Shown: in pieces, positions 19,093 to 28,684 of the stretch
How the letters are laid out: each line of letters opens with the position of its first letter
Position numbering within the stretch: position 1 is the first letter of the stretch
NCBI GenBank assembly: GCA_030651905.1
Contig: JAUSBS010000065.1
Span: 1 to 61,514, forward strand
DNA: 61,514 nt
Direction of reading: 5' to 3'
DNA from: Coriobacteriia bacterium
GTDB lineage: Bacteria; Actinomycetota; Coriobacteriia; Anaerosomatales; PALSA-660
Notes under the pieces: generated by a model
Databases searched by the model: none
What the model saw: only the letters and a program-made list of their open reading frames with translations
Told to the model about the DNA's origin: nothing
Program-made: the position numbers and the translations under genes

Positions 19093-19941
19093 CTACCGGC
19101 CTCCCAAAGCGTCGTGTGCGGCGCGAACGATGCCGTCGATGTCGACTGGCACAGACTCGGCACCGCGCCCGAGGCGGACCCAGAACTCGATATTACCTTC
19201 CGGACCGGTGATGGGCGACCACGTCAGTCCGAGAAGACCCCAGCCGTGCGTGCCCGCGAACACGATCACGTCTTGGAGGACGTCGACGTGTACCGCGGCG
19301 TCGCGCACCACACCTCGTTTTCCCACACGTGCCTTACCAGCTTCAAACTGTGGCTTTACCAACGCGACCATCTCGCCCGACTCGCCAAGAACCGTGGACA
19401 CCGCGGGAAGGATCTTGGCCAGCCCGACGAACGACACGTCGATGACGGCGAGTCCGAACGGCGCACCGGGCAGGTCCCCGTCGACGGACCGCATGTTCGT
19501 GCGCTCCACGACCGTCACCCTGGGATCTTGCCGAAGCTTCCAGGCGAGCTGGCCGTAGCCGACGTCGACCGCCGTGACCGAGACGACGCCGCGCTGGAGC
19601 AGACAGTCGGTGAACCCTCCGGTCGAGGCGCCGACGTCCACAGCGCTCATGCCATCCACGTCGATCCCGAAGACGTCGAGCGCTCCAGCGAGCTTGTGTC
19701 CGCCGCGCGAGACGTACTCCTGAGCGGGCTCGACCCAGAAGACGACCTCGTCGTCGACAGGCTGGCCGGGCTTCACGACAGGGCTGTCGCCGATCCTGAC
19801 GCGTCCGGCGATGATCGCGGCCTTCGCCTGTTCTCGAGAGGCGAAGAGCCCCGCATCAACGAGCGCGGCGTCTGCTCTGCGGCGCGTCACGTCGGTCGCC
19901 CTCCCCGGAACGGACACCTTCGAGGCGGCCGATGACAGCAT
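19093..19941 (-). CDS. tlyA: TlyA-family 16S/23S rRNA (cytidine-2'-O)-methyltransferase
   Basis: An S4-like N-terminus (RADAALVDAGLFASREQAKAAI) followed by a methyltransferase motif, VDVGASTGGFTD. The start is uncertain; a GTG at 19890 would shorten the overlap with dxs. Confidence 0.85.
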   Translation of the reverse strand: MLSSAASKVSVPGRATDVTRRRADAALVDAGLFASREQAKAAIIAGRVRIGDSPVVKPGQPVDDEVVFWVEPAQEYVSRGGHKLAGALDVFGIDVDGMSAVDVGASTGGFTDCLLQRGVVSVTAVDVGYGQLAWKLRQDPRVTVVERTNMRSVDGDLPGAPFGLAVIDVSFVGLAKILPAVSTVLGESGEMVALVKPQFEAGKARVGKRGVVRDAAVHVDVLQDVIVFAGTHGWGLLGLTWSPITGPEGNIEFWVRLGRGAESVPVDIDGIVRAAHDALGGR

Positions 19942-21790
19942 CGCGGACAGCCGACGGCGTCAGGCCGATATCCGAGAGCAACCGGTCCATCGCCCCGTGG
20001 GTCACGAAGCAGTCGGGTACACCGAGGTGGAGCACGGGTCGAGTGATCGCCATGTCGGACAGCGCCTCGAGCACCGCCGCTCCGACTCCCCCGACGCTGC
20101 TGTTCTCCTCAAGGGTCACGACCAGCGCATGCTTCTGTGCGGCCCACGAGACGGTCTCGAGATCGAGCGGCTTGACCCACCGCAAGTTGACCACCGAGGC
20201 CGAGACGCCTGCCTCCATGAGCAGCGGCGCGGCGCGCTCAGCGACGTCGACCATCCGGCCGGCCGCCAACAGTGCGACATCGGTCCCCGTGCGACGGACC
20301 TGGGCACGGCCCGCGTCGAGGATCGTCGGCTCCTTGGGAAGCGAGGCGCCCTGCGCGCGGCCTCTCGGATAGCGTATGGCGAACGGGCCTTCGGCGTTCA
20401 GCGCGGTGTGGAGCATGTCCACGAGGTCCGCCTCGTCGGCTGGCGCCGCCAGAGTCAGGTTCGGGACCGCGCGCAAGTACGTCAGGTCGAACACGCCGTG
20501 GTGTGTCGGGCCGTCCTCACCGACGAGCCCCGCGCGGTCGAGGCAGAACACCACCGGAAGGTTCTGAAGGCACACGTCCATGATGACCTGGTCGTACGCC
20601 CGCTGCAGGAACGTGGAGTAGATGGCCACGACCGGCCGAAGGCCCCCGAGCGCCAGTCCGGCCGCGAGCCCGACCGCGTGCTGCTCGGCGATGCCGACGT
20701 CGTAGAAGCGGCCCGGATACGCGCTCGCGAACCGGTCGAGGCCGGTACCGGACGGCATGGCGGCCGTGATGGCCACGATACGCTCGTCGCGCGCGGCCTC
20801 TTCGACGAGCGCGGCGCCGAAGACCTCCGTGTAGCTGGGGGGCCCACCCGACCCGTTGACCTTCCCTGTGGCTATCTCGAAGGGCGACACGCCGTGGAAG
20901 ATGTCCGGATTGCTCTCAGCGGGCTCGTAGCCGGCGCCCTTGCGCGTCACCGCGTGAACGATCACCGGGCCGTCGTGTTCGCCGGCCCACTCGACGGCGT
21001 CTTGCACCGCCTGCACGTCGTGACCGTTGATCGGACCGACGTAGGTCCATCCCAGTTCCTCGAAGAGCATGCCGGGCACGACCAGCTGTTTGAAGGACTC
21101 CTTGGCGGCCTCACCCGCGGCGACCATCGCCGCGCCGACGCCGGGTATCCGAGCCACCGTCGACTCGACGCCGTCGCGCAGCCTCGTGTACCGCGGATCG
21201 AGTCGAACGCGTGCGAGGTAGCTGGCGAGAGCGCCCACGTTCTCCGAGATCGACATCTCGTTGTCGTTGAGCACCACGATGAGCTTCGTGCCGAGATGGC
21301 CGGCATGGTTGAGCGCTTCGAACGCCATGCCCCCGGTCATCGAGCCGTCGCCGATGACGGCGACCACGCGCTCGTCGCCACCACGCGCGTCCCGGGCGCA
21401 CGCGATACCGAGCGCGCACGAGATCGAGTTCGATGCGTGGCCGGTGTCGAAAGCGTCGTACGGGGACTCGCTGCGCTTCGGGAAACCGCAGACGCCGCCG
21501 TACTGCCGAAGCGTGCCGAACCGCTCGCGTCGACCGGTGAGGAGTTTGTAGACGTAGCTCTGGTGGCCGACATCCCAGATGACCCGGTCCTTGGGCGTGT
21601 CGAGTGCGCGCAGGAGTCCGAGTGTCAGCTCCACGACACCGAGGTTCGGCGCGAGATGACCGCCGGTCTTCGCGACCGTCTGCACCAGTCGGGCACGGAT
21701 CTCTGCGGCGAGCGCATCCAAGCGCTCCCCATCGAGGACCTTGAGGTCGTCGGGTGAGGCGATGCTGTCGAGGATGGGGTCAAGACCCAA
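19856..21790 (-). CDS. dxs: 1-deoxy-D-xylulose-5-phosphate synthase
   Basis: 644 aa. TTG start preceded by an AAAGAGGA SD. TPP motif GDGSMTGGMAFEALN. Confidence 0.95.
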   Translation of the reverse strand: MGLDPILDSIASPDDLKVLDGERLDALAAEIRARLVQTVAKTGGHLAPNLGVVELTLGLLRALDTPKDRVIWDVGHQSYVYKLLTGRRERFGTLRQYGGVCGFPKRSESPYDAFDTGHASNSISCALGIACARDARGGDERVVAVIGDGSMTGGMAFEALNHAGHLGTKLIVVLNDNEMSISENVGALASYLARVRLDPRYTRLRDGVESTVARIPGVGAAMVAAGEAAKESFKQLVVPGMLFEELGWTYVGPINGHDVQAVQDAVEWAGEHDGPVIVHAVTRKGAGYEPAESNPDIFHGVSPFEIATGKVNGSGGPPSYTEVFGAALVEEAARDERIVAITAAMPSGTGLDRFASAYPGRFYDVGIAEQHAVGLAAGLALGGLRPVVAIYSTFLQRAYDQVIMDVCLQNLPVVFCLDRAGLVGEDGPTHHGVFDLTYLRAVPNLTLAAPADEADLVDMLHTALNAEGPFAIRYPRGRAQGASLPKEPTILDAGRAQVRRTGTDVALLAAGRMVDVAERAAPLLMEAGVSASVVNLRWVKPLDLETVSWAAQKHALVVTLEENSSVGGVGAAVLEALSDMAITRPVLHLGVPDCFVTHGAMDRLLSDIGLTPSAVRDAVIGRLEGVRSGEGDRRDAPQSRRRAR

Positions 21791-21924
21791 AGCGGATCCT
21801 CTTTCTCTCCCTACGGGAAGAGGCCGGACAAGGGGTCGGCCCCACCAAGCATAGTACCCGCGAGCGACACGCTCAAATGGCGGAGGCCGAGCGTCACCAC
21901 GCCGTTGCCGCCGTTGCTTCTCAG

Positions 21925-22233
21925 TCAGTCCCGCGCGTCGTCCTCGATGGGCGCGGTGATCGGGGCGTCCTCGGGCGGTTCCACCGCCGCAGACACCGGC
22001 ACCTCAGGATCGATCGTCAGTCCGACGTCGTCGACGTCATCGGATCCGGCAGCGACGTCGGTCGGTCGCCACGACGTCTGATCGATGAGCTCGTTGCACA
22101 GGTTGGCGAGGCGCACGCCCTCCTCCAGCAGCTCGAGGCTCTGCTCGAGCGACGTGTCCTTCTTGCGGACCTGGACGAGGATCTCGTCGAGCCGCGTGCG
22201 GGTCGCTTCGAACGTATATCGCTCGTCACTCAT
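21925..22233 (-). CDS. xseB: Exodeoxyribonuclease VII small subunit
   Basis: MSDERYTFEATRTRLDEILVQV...LEQSLELLEEGVRLANLC. Its ATG directly abuts the nusB TAG. Confidence 0.8.
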   Translation of the reverse strand: MSDERYTFEATRTRLDEILVQVRKKDTSLEQSLELLEEGVRLANLCNELIDQTSWRPTDVAAGSDDVDDVGLTIDPEVPVSAAVEPPEDAPITAPIEDDARD

Positions 22234-22662
22234 CTAGTCCGAACCCTCCGCCGACTCGTAGGCCGCGCCCACCTCGGCCAGACGTCCCAAGATGCCGTTC
22301 ACGAACTTCGACGAGTCTTCCCCGCCGTAGACCTTCGCCATCTCGACCGCCTCGTTGATCGAGACCGAATCGGGCACCTCGTCCAGATAGAGCATCTCGA
22401 AGACGGCGAGGCGCAGGATGTTGCGATCGACGAGCGGCATGCGGGAGAGCGTCCAGTTCTCCGAGATGTCCTCGATGGTGGCATCGATGCGAGCCTGATG
22501 CGCCTCGACGCCGAGCAGAAGCTGGCCGCAGAACTCGGATGGCTCGCCATCCTCGACGCTATAGGTGCCGTCCGCAAGGATGCGCGACAGAGCCTCCTCT
22601 GTGATCTCCCGCTGGTAGAGGATGTGAAGCGCCTGATGGCGAGCCTTGCGTCGTTCGAGCAT
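22234..22662 (-). CDS. nusB: Transcription antitermination factor NusB
   Basis: The start is moved to ATG 22660-22662 (MLERRKARHQALHILYQ...). The upstream part of the track ORF is an Arg-rich shadow. Confidence 0.9.
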   Translation of the reverse strand: MLERRKARHQALHILYQREITEEALSRILADGTYSVEDGEPSEFCGQLLLGVEAHQARIDATIEDISENWTLSRMPLVDRNILRLAVFEMLYLDEVPDSVSINEAVEMAKVYGGEDSSKFVNGILGRLAEVGAAYESAEGSD

Positions 22663-22715
22663 GGGCGCTTTCTCGTCGTGTTGGAGTGTGTGATCCGGTG
22701 TCCGGCCTGGCGACG

Positions 22716-23057
22716 CTACTGGGGGAACACGATCGCGTCGATGAACACGTCCACGTTCGATGCCTCGTGACCTGTCTGCGACTCGAGGGCGTCGGCGACC
22801 GCGTGCTGGACATCGGCGGCGATGGCGCGAAGTGGACGGCCGTAGCCCACGGACATGTGGACGGTCACGGCGAAGCCGCCGTCGTCGGCGAGCGATACCT
22901 CGACGGACTTCGTACGTCCCGCCTTCTGCATCAGCCCGGCGAGTCCGGAGCAGTCTACGCACGCGACTCCCTCGACCTCCGTCGCGGCGAGAGTGACGAT
23001 CGTCTCAAGCACACCCGGGGCGACGTCGAGGCCCTCGAAGCGCATCTCTGTGCTCAT
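22716..23057 (-). CDS. Asp23/Gls24-family envelope stress protein
   Basis: MSTEMRFEGLDVAPGVLETIVTLAATEVEGV. Start at ATG 23055-23057. It occupies the same position as Bacillus yqhY, between accC and nusB. Confidence 0.75.
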   Translation of the reverse strand: MSTEMRFEGLDVAPGVLETIVTLAATEVEGVACVDCSGLAGLMQKAGRTKSVEVSLADDGGFAVTVHMSVGYGRPLRAIAADVQHAVADALESQTGHEASNVDVFIDAIVFPQ

Positions 23058-23115
23058 CGCAGCGTTCCCGTCCTTTCGCACGCGGAAGTCGCCCTTCGCG
23101 GATCCACGCGGCATC

Positions 23116-24477
23116 TCACTCGAAGAGGATGTGCCGCTCGACGAAGTCAGTATAGACCTCGCCCCGCTGGAAGTACTCGTTGTCGACGACCACCTGATGG
23201 AACGGGATGGTGGTCGGGATGCCCACGACGATGAACTCGTCGAGCGCTCGCCGTGCCCGGTTCACCGCTTCGTCACGCGTCTCCCCCCAGACGATCAGCT
23301 TCCCGAGGAGAGAGTCGTAGTTCGGCGGCACGTGGTATCCCGAGTAGATGTGGCTGTCGACACGCACGCCGAAACCACCGGGAGGGTTGAAGACCTCGAT
23401 GCGACCCGGATTGGGGCGGAAGTTCGCGGACGGGTCTTCCGCGTTGATACGGAACTCGATGGCGTGCCCGCGCTGGACGATCTCCTCCTGGCGGGTGTGC
23501 TTCATCGGATGCCCCGCCGCGATGCGGATCTGCTCCTTGATGATGTCGATGCCGGTGACGGCCTCGGTGACCGGATGCTCGACTTGCACGCGGGTGTTCA
23601 TCTCCATGAAGTAGAACGAGCCGTCCTCGTCGAGAAGGAACTCCACGGTGCCCGCATTGACGTAGTCGACGGCGCGGACGGCCTTGAGAGCGGCCTCACC
23701 CATCGCGAGGCGAGTGGCCGGGTCGAGCGCCGGCGAAGGTGACTCCTCGATCAGTTTCTGGTGCCGTCGCTGGACCGAGCAGTCACGTTCGAAGAGGTGG
23801 ACCGCGTTGCCGTGGGCGTCTGCGAGCACCTGGAACTCGACGTGCCGGGGGCGCGTCAGGTACTTCTCGATGTAGACGGTGTCGTTGCCGAACGCGACGG
23901 CGGCCTCAGCCTTCGCAGCCTGCATGCTCGACGCGAGCGACTCGGCGTCCGCGGCTACTCGCATGCCGCGGCCGCCTCCGCCCGCGGCCGCTTTGATGAG
24001 CACCGGATACCCGACCTGCGCGGCGAAGCGCAAGGCCTCGGCCTCCGTCGCGACGGGACCATCCGAGCCGGGGACGCACGGGACCCCGGCCTTCATCATC
24101 GTCTCCCTGGCGACGGCCTTGTCGCCCATGCGCTCGATCGCGTCGGGGGACGGTCCGATGAAGATGAGACCGGAGTCAGCGCAGGCGCGGGCGAAGTTCG
24201 CGTTCTCGGCCAGGAAGCCGTAGCCGGGATGGACCGCGTTCGCGCCCGTGACCAGGGCCGCGGAGATGATGTTGGCGACGCTGAGGTAGCTTCCCGCGGA
24301 GGGGGGCGGCCCGATGCACACGGACTCGTCCGCCATGCGCGCATGCAGACAGTCACGGTCTGCTTCGGAGTAGACCGCGACCGTGCCGATACCGAGCTCC
24401 CGGCATGCACGGATGACCCGCAGGGCGACCTCGCCGCGGTTCGCTATGAGTATCTTGCCGAACTCGCGCATGGCCAC
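23116..24477 (-). CDS. accC: Biotin carboxylase (AccC-type; probably pyruvate carboxylase subunit A)
   Basis: 453 aa with an ATP-grasp fold: KILIANRGEVALRVIRA and EMNTRVQVEHPVTE. Confidence 0.9.
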   Translation of the reverse strand: MAMREFGKILIANRGEVALRVIRACRELGIGTVAVYSEADRDCLHARMADESVCIGPPPSAGSYLSVANIISAALVTGANAVHPGYGFLAENANFARACADSGLIFIGPSPDAIERMGDKAVARETMMKAGVPCVPGSDGPVATEAEALRFAAQVGYPVLIKAAAGGGGRGMRVAADAESLASSMQAAKAEAAVAFGNDTVYIEKYLTRPRHVEFQVLADAHGNAVHLFERDCSVQRRHQKLIEESPSPALDPATRLAMGEAALKAVRAVDYVNAGTVEFLLDEDGSFYFMEMNTRVQVEHPVTEAVTGIDIIKEQIRIAAGHPMKHTRQEEIVQRGHAIEFRINAEDPSANFRPNPGRIEVFNPPGGFGVRVDSHIYSGYHVPPNYDSLLGKLIVWGETRDEAVNRARRALDEFIVVGIPTTIPFHQVVVDNEYFQRGEVYTDFVERHILFE

Positions 24478-24500
24478 CCTAGCCGCTCGTGCCGTCGCTG

Positions 24501-26348
24501 CTAAGCGATGGGCTCGTAGTAGAACAGGACAGTGCCGTACTCCACGGTCTTGCCGTCCTCGACCGCTATCTCCTGAACGATGCCGCGCTCAGGCGCGTCG
24601 ATCTCGTTCATGAGCTTCATCGCCTCGAGGATGCACAGAGGCTGGCCTTCTTCGAAGACGTCACCGACCTGTACGAACGGGCCCGCGCCCGGAGCGGGAG
24701 ACCGGTAGAACGTGCCGACCAACTGGGCCTTGAGCTCCTTCCACGCCGCGGGGCGTGCGGTGGCGTCAGGAACCGCGGGAACAGTTCCCGTCACGGTCGC
24801 CGAAGGTGCCTGTGAGGCCGCCGAGGCGGGTGCGATGAAGACGTTGCCCTTCCGCACCGATATGGTCGCGCCGTTCTCCTCGACGACGACCTCGGTGATG
24901 TCGGACGCCTCGACGATCTTGATGAGTTCGCGGATCTGGTTGACGTCCACGGATTCTTCCTCCCTGAATGCGTTGATCTCCTCGCCCATCATGAAGACGG
25001 CCTTCTCGGCGCCGTCGCGGTGAGCTGAGAGGTACTGCCGTGCCTCGACCGGGAAGAGGGCGTACATGAGAACGTCCTCCTCGCTCTTGGCGAGATCGCC
25101 TATCTCTGCGGCGACCTCGTCGTAGGTGGTGGTCACGAGCGAACCCGGGCGGATATCGGCCGCCAGCGGTGCATCGTCGCCGAGGACCTTGGCGACGACT
25201 TCGCGGTCCATCGAACCGGGGGCCTTGCCGTACCAGCCGCGAACGTAGTCCTTCATCTCACGCGGGATGACCGACCAGCGCTTGCCCGTCAAGACGTTCA
25301 GGACCGCCTGTGTTCCGACGATCTGTGACAGCGGCGTCACGAGCGGCGGGTAGCCGACCTCGGCGCGTACCCGCGGGATCTCCGCCAGCACGTCGGGCAA
25401 TCGGTCGCCGGCCTTCTGTATGTCGAGCTGTGAGACCAGGTTGCTCATCATGCCACCGGGGACCTGGTGGCTGAAGACCTCCATCGACAGCAGTGTCGTG
25501 ATACCGCGCATCAACCGCTTCTTCTCGCGGACGTTCTCCCAGTAGTGCGCGATCTCGAAAAGCAGATCGAGGTCGAGGCCGGTGTCGTAGGGGCTCTCCT
25601 TGAGCGCGGCGACGATCATCTCGCCGGCGGGCTGGCTGTTGCCGAACGCCAGGGCGACCACGGCCGTGTCGACGATCTCCGCACCCGCCTCCACCGCCTT
25701 GAGGTAGTTCATGGGAGCCATGCCACCGATGTAGTGACAATGGGCGTGGACCGGGAGTCCCACCTCGTCCACGAGCGCCCTGACCATCTTCTCGGTGCGA
25801 TACGGCGTGAGCATGCCCGCCATATCCTTGATGCAGATGGTGTCCGCACCCAGCTCCTTGAGCCTCTGCGCGTACTCGACGAAGCTGTCGAGTGTGTGAA
25901 CGGGGCTGACGGTGTAGGAGATGGCGCCTTCGAAATGGCCACCGCACTCCTTGATCGCGCGTGCCGACGTCTCGACGTTGCGTATGTCGTTGAGGGCGTC
26001 GAAGACGCGGAAGACGTCGATACCGTTTCGCTTCGAGGCGTGCACGAAGCGCGTCACGATCTCGTCGCTGTAGTGGCGGTAGCCGACAAGGTTCTGCCCG
26101 CGCAGAAGCATCTGCAGAGGCGTCTTGGGGCAGTGGCTCTTGATGGTGCGGAGCCGCTCCCACGGGTTCTCATCCAGGAAGCGCAGCGCGGCGTCGAACG
26201 TCGCGCCACCCCAGACCTCCAGCGACCAGTAGCCGACGCTGTCCATAGTGGGAAGGATCGGCAGCATGTCGCCGATCGTCATACGCGTCGCCCACAGCGA
26301 CTGGTGAGCGTCGCGCAGCGTGGTGTCTGTTATGCGGACCGGTCGCAT
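24501..26348 (-). CDS. pycB: Carboxyltransferase (5S/OadA-type) with fused C-terminal biotinyl domain; probably pyruvate carboxylase subunit B
   Basis: 615 aa. N-terminus ITDTTLRDAHQSLWATRM; C-terminal biotinylation motif LEAMKLMNEI. Confidence 0.8.
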   Translation of the reverse strand: MRPVRITDTTLRDAHQSLWATRMTIGDMLPILPTMDSVGYWSLEVWGGATFDAALRFLDENPWERLRTIKSHCPKTPLQMLLRGQNLVGYRHYSDEIVTRFVHASKRNGIDVFRVFDALNDIRNVETSARAIKECGGHFEGAISYTVSPVHTLDSFVEYAQRLKELGADTICIKDMAGMLTPYRTEKMVRALVDEVGLPVHAHCHYIGGMAPMNYLKAVEAGAEIVDTAVVALAFGNSQPAGEMIVAALKESPYDTGLDLDLLFEIAHYWENVREKKRLMRGITTLLSMEVFSHQVPGGMMSNLVSQLDIQKAGDRLPDVLAEIPRVRAEVGYPPLVTPLSQIVGTQAVLNVLTGKRWSVIPREMKDYVRGWYGKAPGSMDREVVAKVLGDDAPLAADIRPGSLVTTTYDEVAAEIGDLAKSEEDVLMYALFPVEARQYLSAHRDGAEKAVFMMGEEINAFREEESVDVNQIRELIKIVEASDITEVVVEENGATISVRKGNVFIAPASAASQAPSATVTGTVPAVPDATARPAAWKELKAQLVGTFYRSPAPGAGPFVQVGDVFEEGQPLCILEAMKLMNEIDAPERGIVQEIAVEDGKTVEYGTVLFYYEPIA

Positions 26349-26419
26349 GGCTCCCCTGACCGTCGGCTTGCAGGCGGCCCCGGTCCTTGAGCACCCGGGC
26401 GATTGAGTGAACAGTATAG

Positions 26420-26449
26420 CGAAGGTGGCGCGTCATCGCGCCACCTTCG
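26420..26449 (-). terminator. Hairpin downstream of efp
   Basis: A perfect 13-bp stem, cgaaggtggcgcg / cgcgccaccttcg, with a tcat loop, 32 nt after the efp stop. The tail is only weakly T-rich. Confidence 0.6.
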
Positions 26450-26480
26450 TGAACGTGCTTCGGACGCTCCTGGCGTGCGC

Positions 26481-27044
26481 CTAGACGCGCGTGACGTACC
26501 GTCCGCCCTCGCGCGTGTCGACGCGTATCTTGTCACCCGTGTTCAGGAACAGCGGCACCGCGACCACCGCCCCTGTCTCGAGCTTCGCCGGCTTCGTGCC
26601 ACCCTGGACCGTGTCGCCCTTGAAGCCCGGGTCGGTCTCGGTGATCTCGAGCTCGACGAACATCGGCGGCTCGACGCCCATCATGTCTCCGCCGGCGATG
26701 AGCACGGTCGCCACGTCGTTCTCCTTGAGCCACTTCGCGGTCTCACCGACGAAGTCCGCAGACAACTCGAACTGCTCGAAGATCTCCGTATCCATGAAGT
26801 GATACGACGAGCCGTCGTTGTACAGGTACTGGAGGTTCTTGGTCTCCATGCGGACGTCTTCGAGCTTCTCGCCCGCTCTGAACGTGATGTCCACGACGCG
26901 TCCGCTCTTGATCTCCTTGAGCTTCGTGCGGACGAAGGCACCACCCTTGCCGGGCTTCACGTGCTGGAACTCGACGATCACCCACAGTTTCCCGTCGTAG
27001 GAGATCGCCATGCCGTTCTTGAGGTTGTTTGTCGTGACCGCCAT
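26481..27044 (-). CDS. efp: Elongation factor P
   Basis: 187 aa: MAVTTNNLKNGMAISYDGKLWVIVEFQHVKPGKGGAFVRTKLK. Confidence 0.95.
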   Translation of the reverse strand: MAVTTNNLKNGMAISYDGKLWVIVEFQHVKPGKGGAFVRTKLKEIKSGRVVDITFRAGEKLEDVRMETKNLQYLYNDGSSYHFMDTEIFEQFELSADFVGETAKWLKENDVATVLIAGGDMMGVEPPMFVELEITETDPGFKGDTVQGGTKPAKLETGAVVAVPLFLNTGDKIRVDTREGGRYVTRV

Positions 27045-27122
27045 GGGGTGCCGGACGCCTTTCCTTCGTGGCCCGCGCGCAGCCGGACGCGACTTGCGTG
27101 CGGAGGTCGCTCGATCGCGACG

Positions 27123-28211
27123 CTATACCTGTATCAGTTCCTTCGGCGAGTGGGACAGCAGACGAACGCCGCCGTCCTCGACCACGACGAGGTCCTCGAT
27201 TCTAACACCGCCGAAGCCGGGCAGGTACACACCGGGCTCGATGGTGACGACCGACCCCGACCGCACCGGACCGCGAGAGGCACGCCCGAGCGAGGGCAGC
27301 TCGTGGACGGCAAGACCGACTCCATGACCGAGACCGTGGCCGAAGTTCTCGCCGAATCCCTTCGCCGTGAGGAGGTCCCGGGCGATCGCGTCGATGTCAC
27401 TGCCCGCCATTCCCGCCCGGGCGCCGGCGATCGCGGCTTCGTTCGCCAGAAGGACCGCATCGTAGATCCGGCGGTGCTCGGCGGTGGCCTCTCCCACCAT
27501 CACCGTTCGCGTCATGTCAGAGCAGTAGCCGTCGACCCGAGCGCCGAAGTCGAGCTTAAGGAACTCGCCGTCGTTGATGACGCGGTCTGTCACGCCCGCG
27601 TGCGGGCGCGCCGAGTTCGGTCCGCTGGCCACGATCGAGTCGAACGCGAGCCCTTCGGAGCCGTTCATGCGCATGTAGCCCTCGAGCTCGACCGCGATGT
27701 CGACCTCGCGCATCCCCGCGCGGATGAAGCCGAGGATATGATCGAAGGCCCTGTCGGTCAGTGCGGCCGCGCGCTGGATCGCCTCGATCTCCGCAGTCTC
27801 CTTGACCTGCCGCAGATCCTCGATCTGGTGCTCGGCGACGACCACGCGACCGATGAACTGCTCGGATATGAACTTGAAGCGGCCGAAGGGAACGGAGTCC
27901 TCGATCGTCAGGGTGCTGATACCCTCGGCACGCAACTCTCGGCAGATCTCGACATAGAGCGAATCCGCCTGGATGTGGACCGCCCAGGGCGTCCCTGCGG
28001 CGGCGACCTTGGCAGCCTCGGCATAGCGGAAGTCGGTGTAGAAGCGGGCGACGTCGGCAGTCACCAGCACTGCGGCAGCGATCCCCTCGTCGAAGACACC
28101 CTCGAATCCGGTGAGGTAGCGCATGTTGACGGGCAAGGTCACAAGCGCCGCCTCGCCCTCCTCGCCCGCAAGGCGCCGCCGGAACGCCGCGAGCCTGCCC
28201 GCGGTGTTCAT
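27123..28211 (-). CDS. M24-family Xaa-Pro aminopeptidase
   Basis: The start is moved to ATG 28209-28211 (MNTAGRLAAFRRRL), giving an ATGA overlap with aroQ. C-terminal motif GHGLGHGVGLAVHE. Confidence 0.85.
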   Translation of the reverse strand: MNTAGRLAAFRRRLAGEEGEAALVTLPVNMRYLTGFEGVFDEGIAAAVLVTADVARFYTDFRYAEAAKVAAAGTPWAVHIQADSLYVEICRELRAEGISTLTIEDSVPFGRFKFISEQFIGRVVVAEHQIEDLRQVKETAEIEAIQRAAALTDRAFDHILGFIRAGMREVDIAVELEGYMRMNGSEGLAFDSIVASGPNSARPHAGVTDRVINDGEFLKLDFGARVDGYCSDMTRTVMVGEATAEHRRIYDAVLLANEAAIAGARAGMAGSDIDAIARDLLTAKGFGENFGHGLGHGVGLAVHELPSLGRASRGPVRSGSVVTIEPGVYLPGFGGVRIEDLVVVEDGGVRLLSHSPKELIQV

Positions 28212-28651
28212 CGCGACTCGCTCAGATGTCCGACCGCCGCCTCGAGACCGAGGATGTAGGAGCGCGGACCGAACCCGCTGATCTGGCCCACACACGCAGG
28301 CGCGATGACGCTGGAGCGCCTGAACTCCTCGCGGCCGGCGATGTTGGACAGGTGCACCTCGACGACGGGGACTTGTGCAGCGGCGACCGCGTCCCGCAGC
28401 GCGTACGCGTAGTGCGTGTAGGCGCCCGGGTTGAACACGACCGCGTCGAAGCTGCCGGCGGCCGCGTGCAGCGTATCGATCAAGACACCCTCGTGATTCG
28501 ACTGGACGAAGCTCACTCGGGCGCCCAGGTCGGCGGCACGCCCGGCGACCATGACCTCGATGTCCTCGAGCGTGTCGTTCCCGTACACGCCGGGCTCACG
28601 GACGCCGAGGAGGTTGAGGTTGGGCCCGTTGAGCACGAGTACCTTCACCAT
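28208..28651 (-). CDS. aroQ: Type II 3-dehydroquinate dehydratase
   Basis: 147 aa: MVKVLVLNGPNLNLLGVREPGVYG. Confidence 0.9.
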   Translation of the reverse strand: MVKVLVLNGPNLNLLGVREPGVYGNDTLEDIEVMVAGRAADLGARVSFVQSNHEGVLIDTLHAAAGSFDAVVFNPGAYTHYAYALRDAVAAAQVPVVEVHLSNIAGREEFRRSSVIAPACVGQISGFGPRSYILGLEAAVGHLSESR

Positions 28652-28684
28652 GTCGGACTCCTTCGTCGCGAAACCGCTGGGGTG

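Noticed and set aside
19856-19941. 86-nt overlap between the dxs 3' end and the tlyA track start, considered as a possible frameshift or pseudogene.
   Set aside because: Both proteins are full length with intact motifs. The overlap is explained by the track's longest-ORF start for tlyA, because a downstream GTG start is available.
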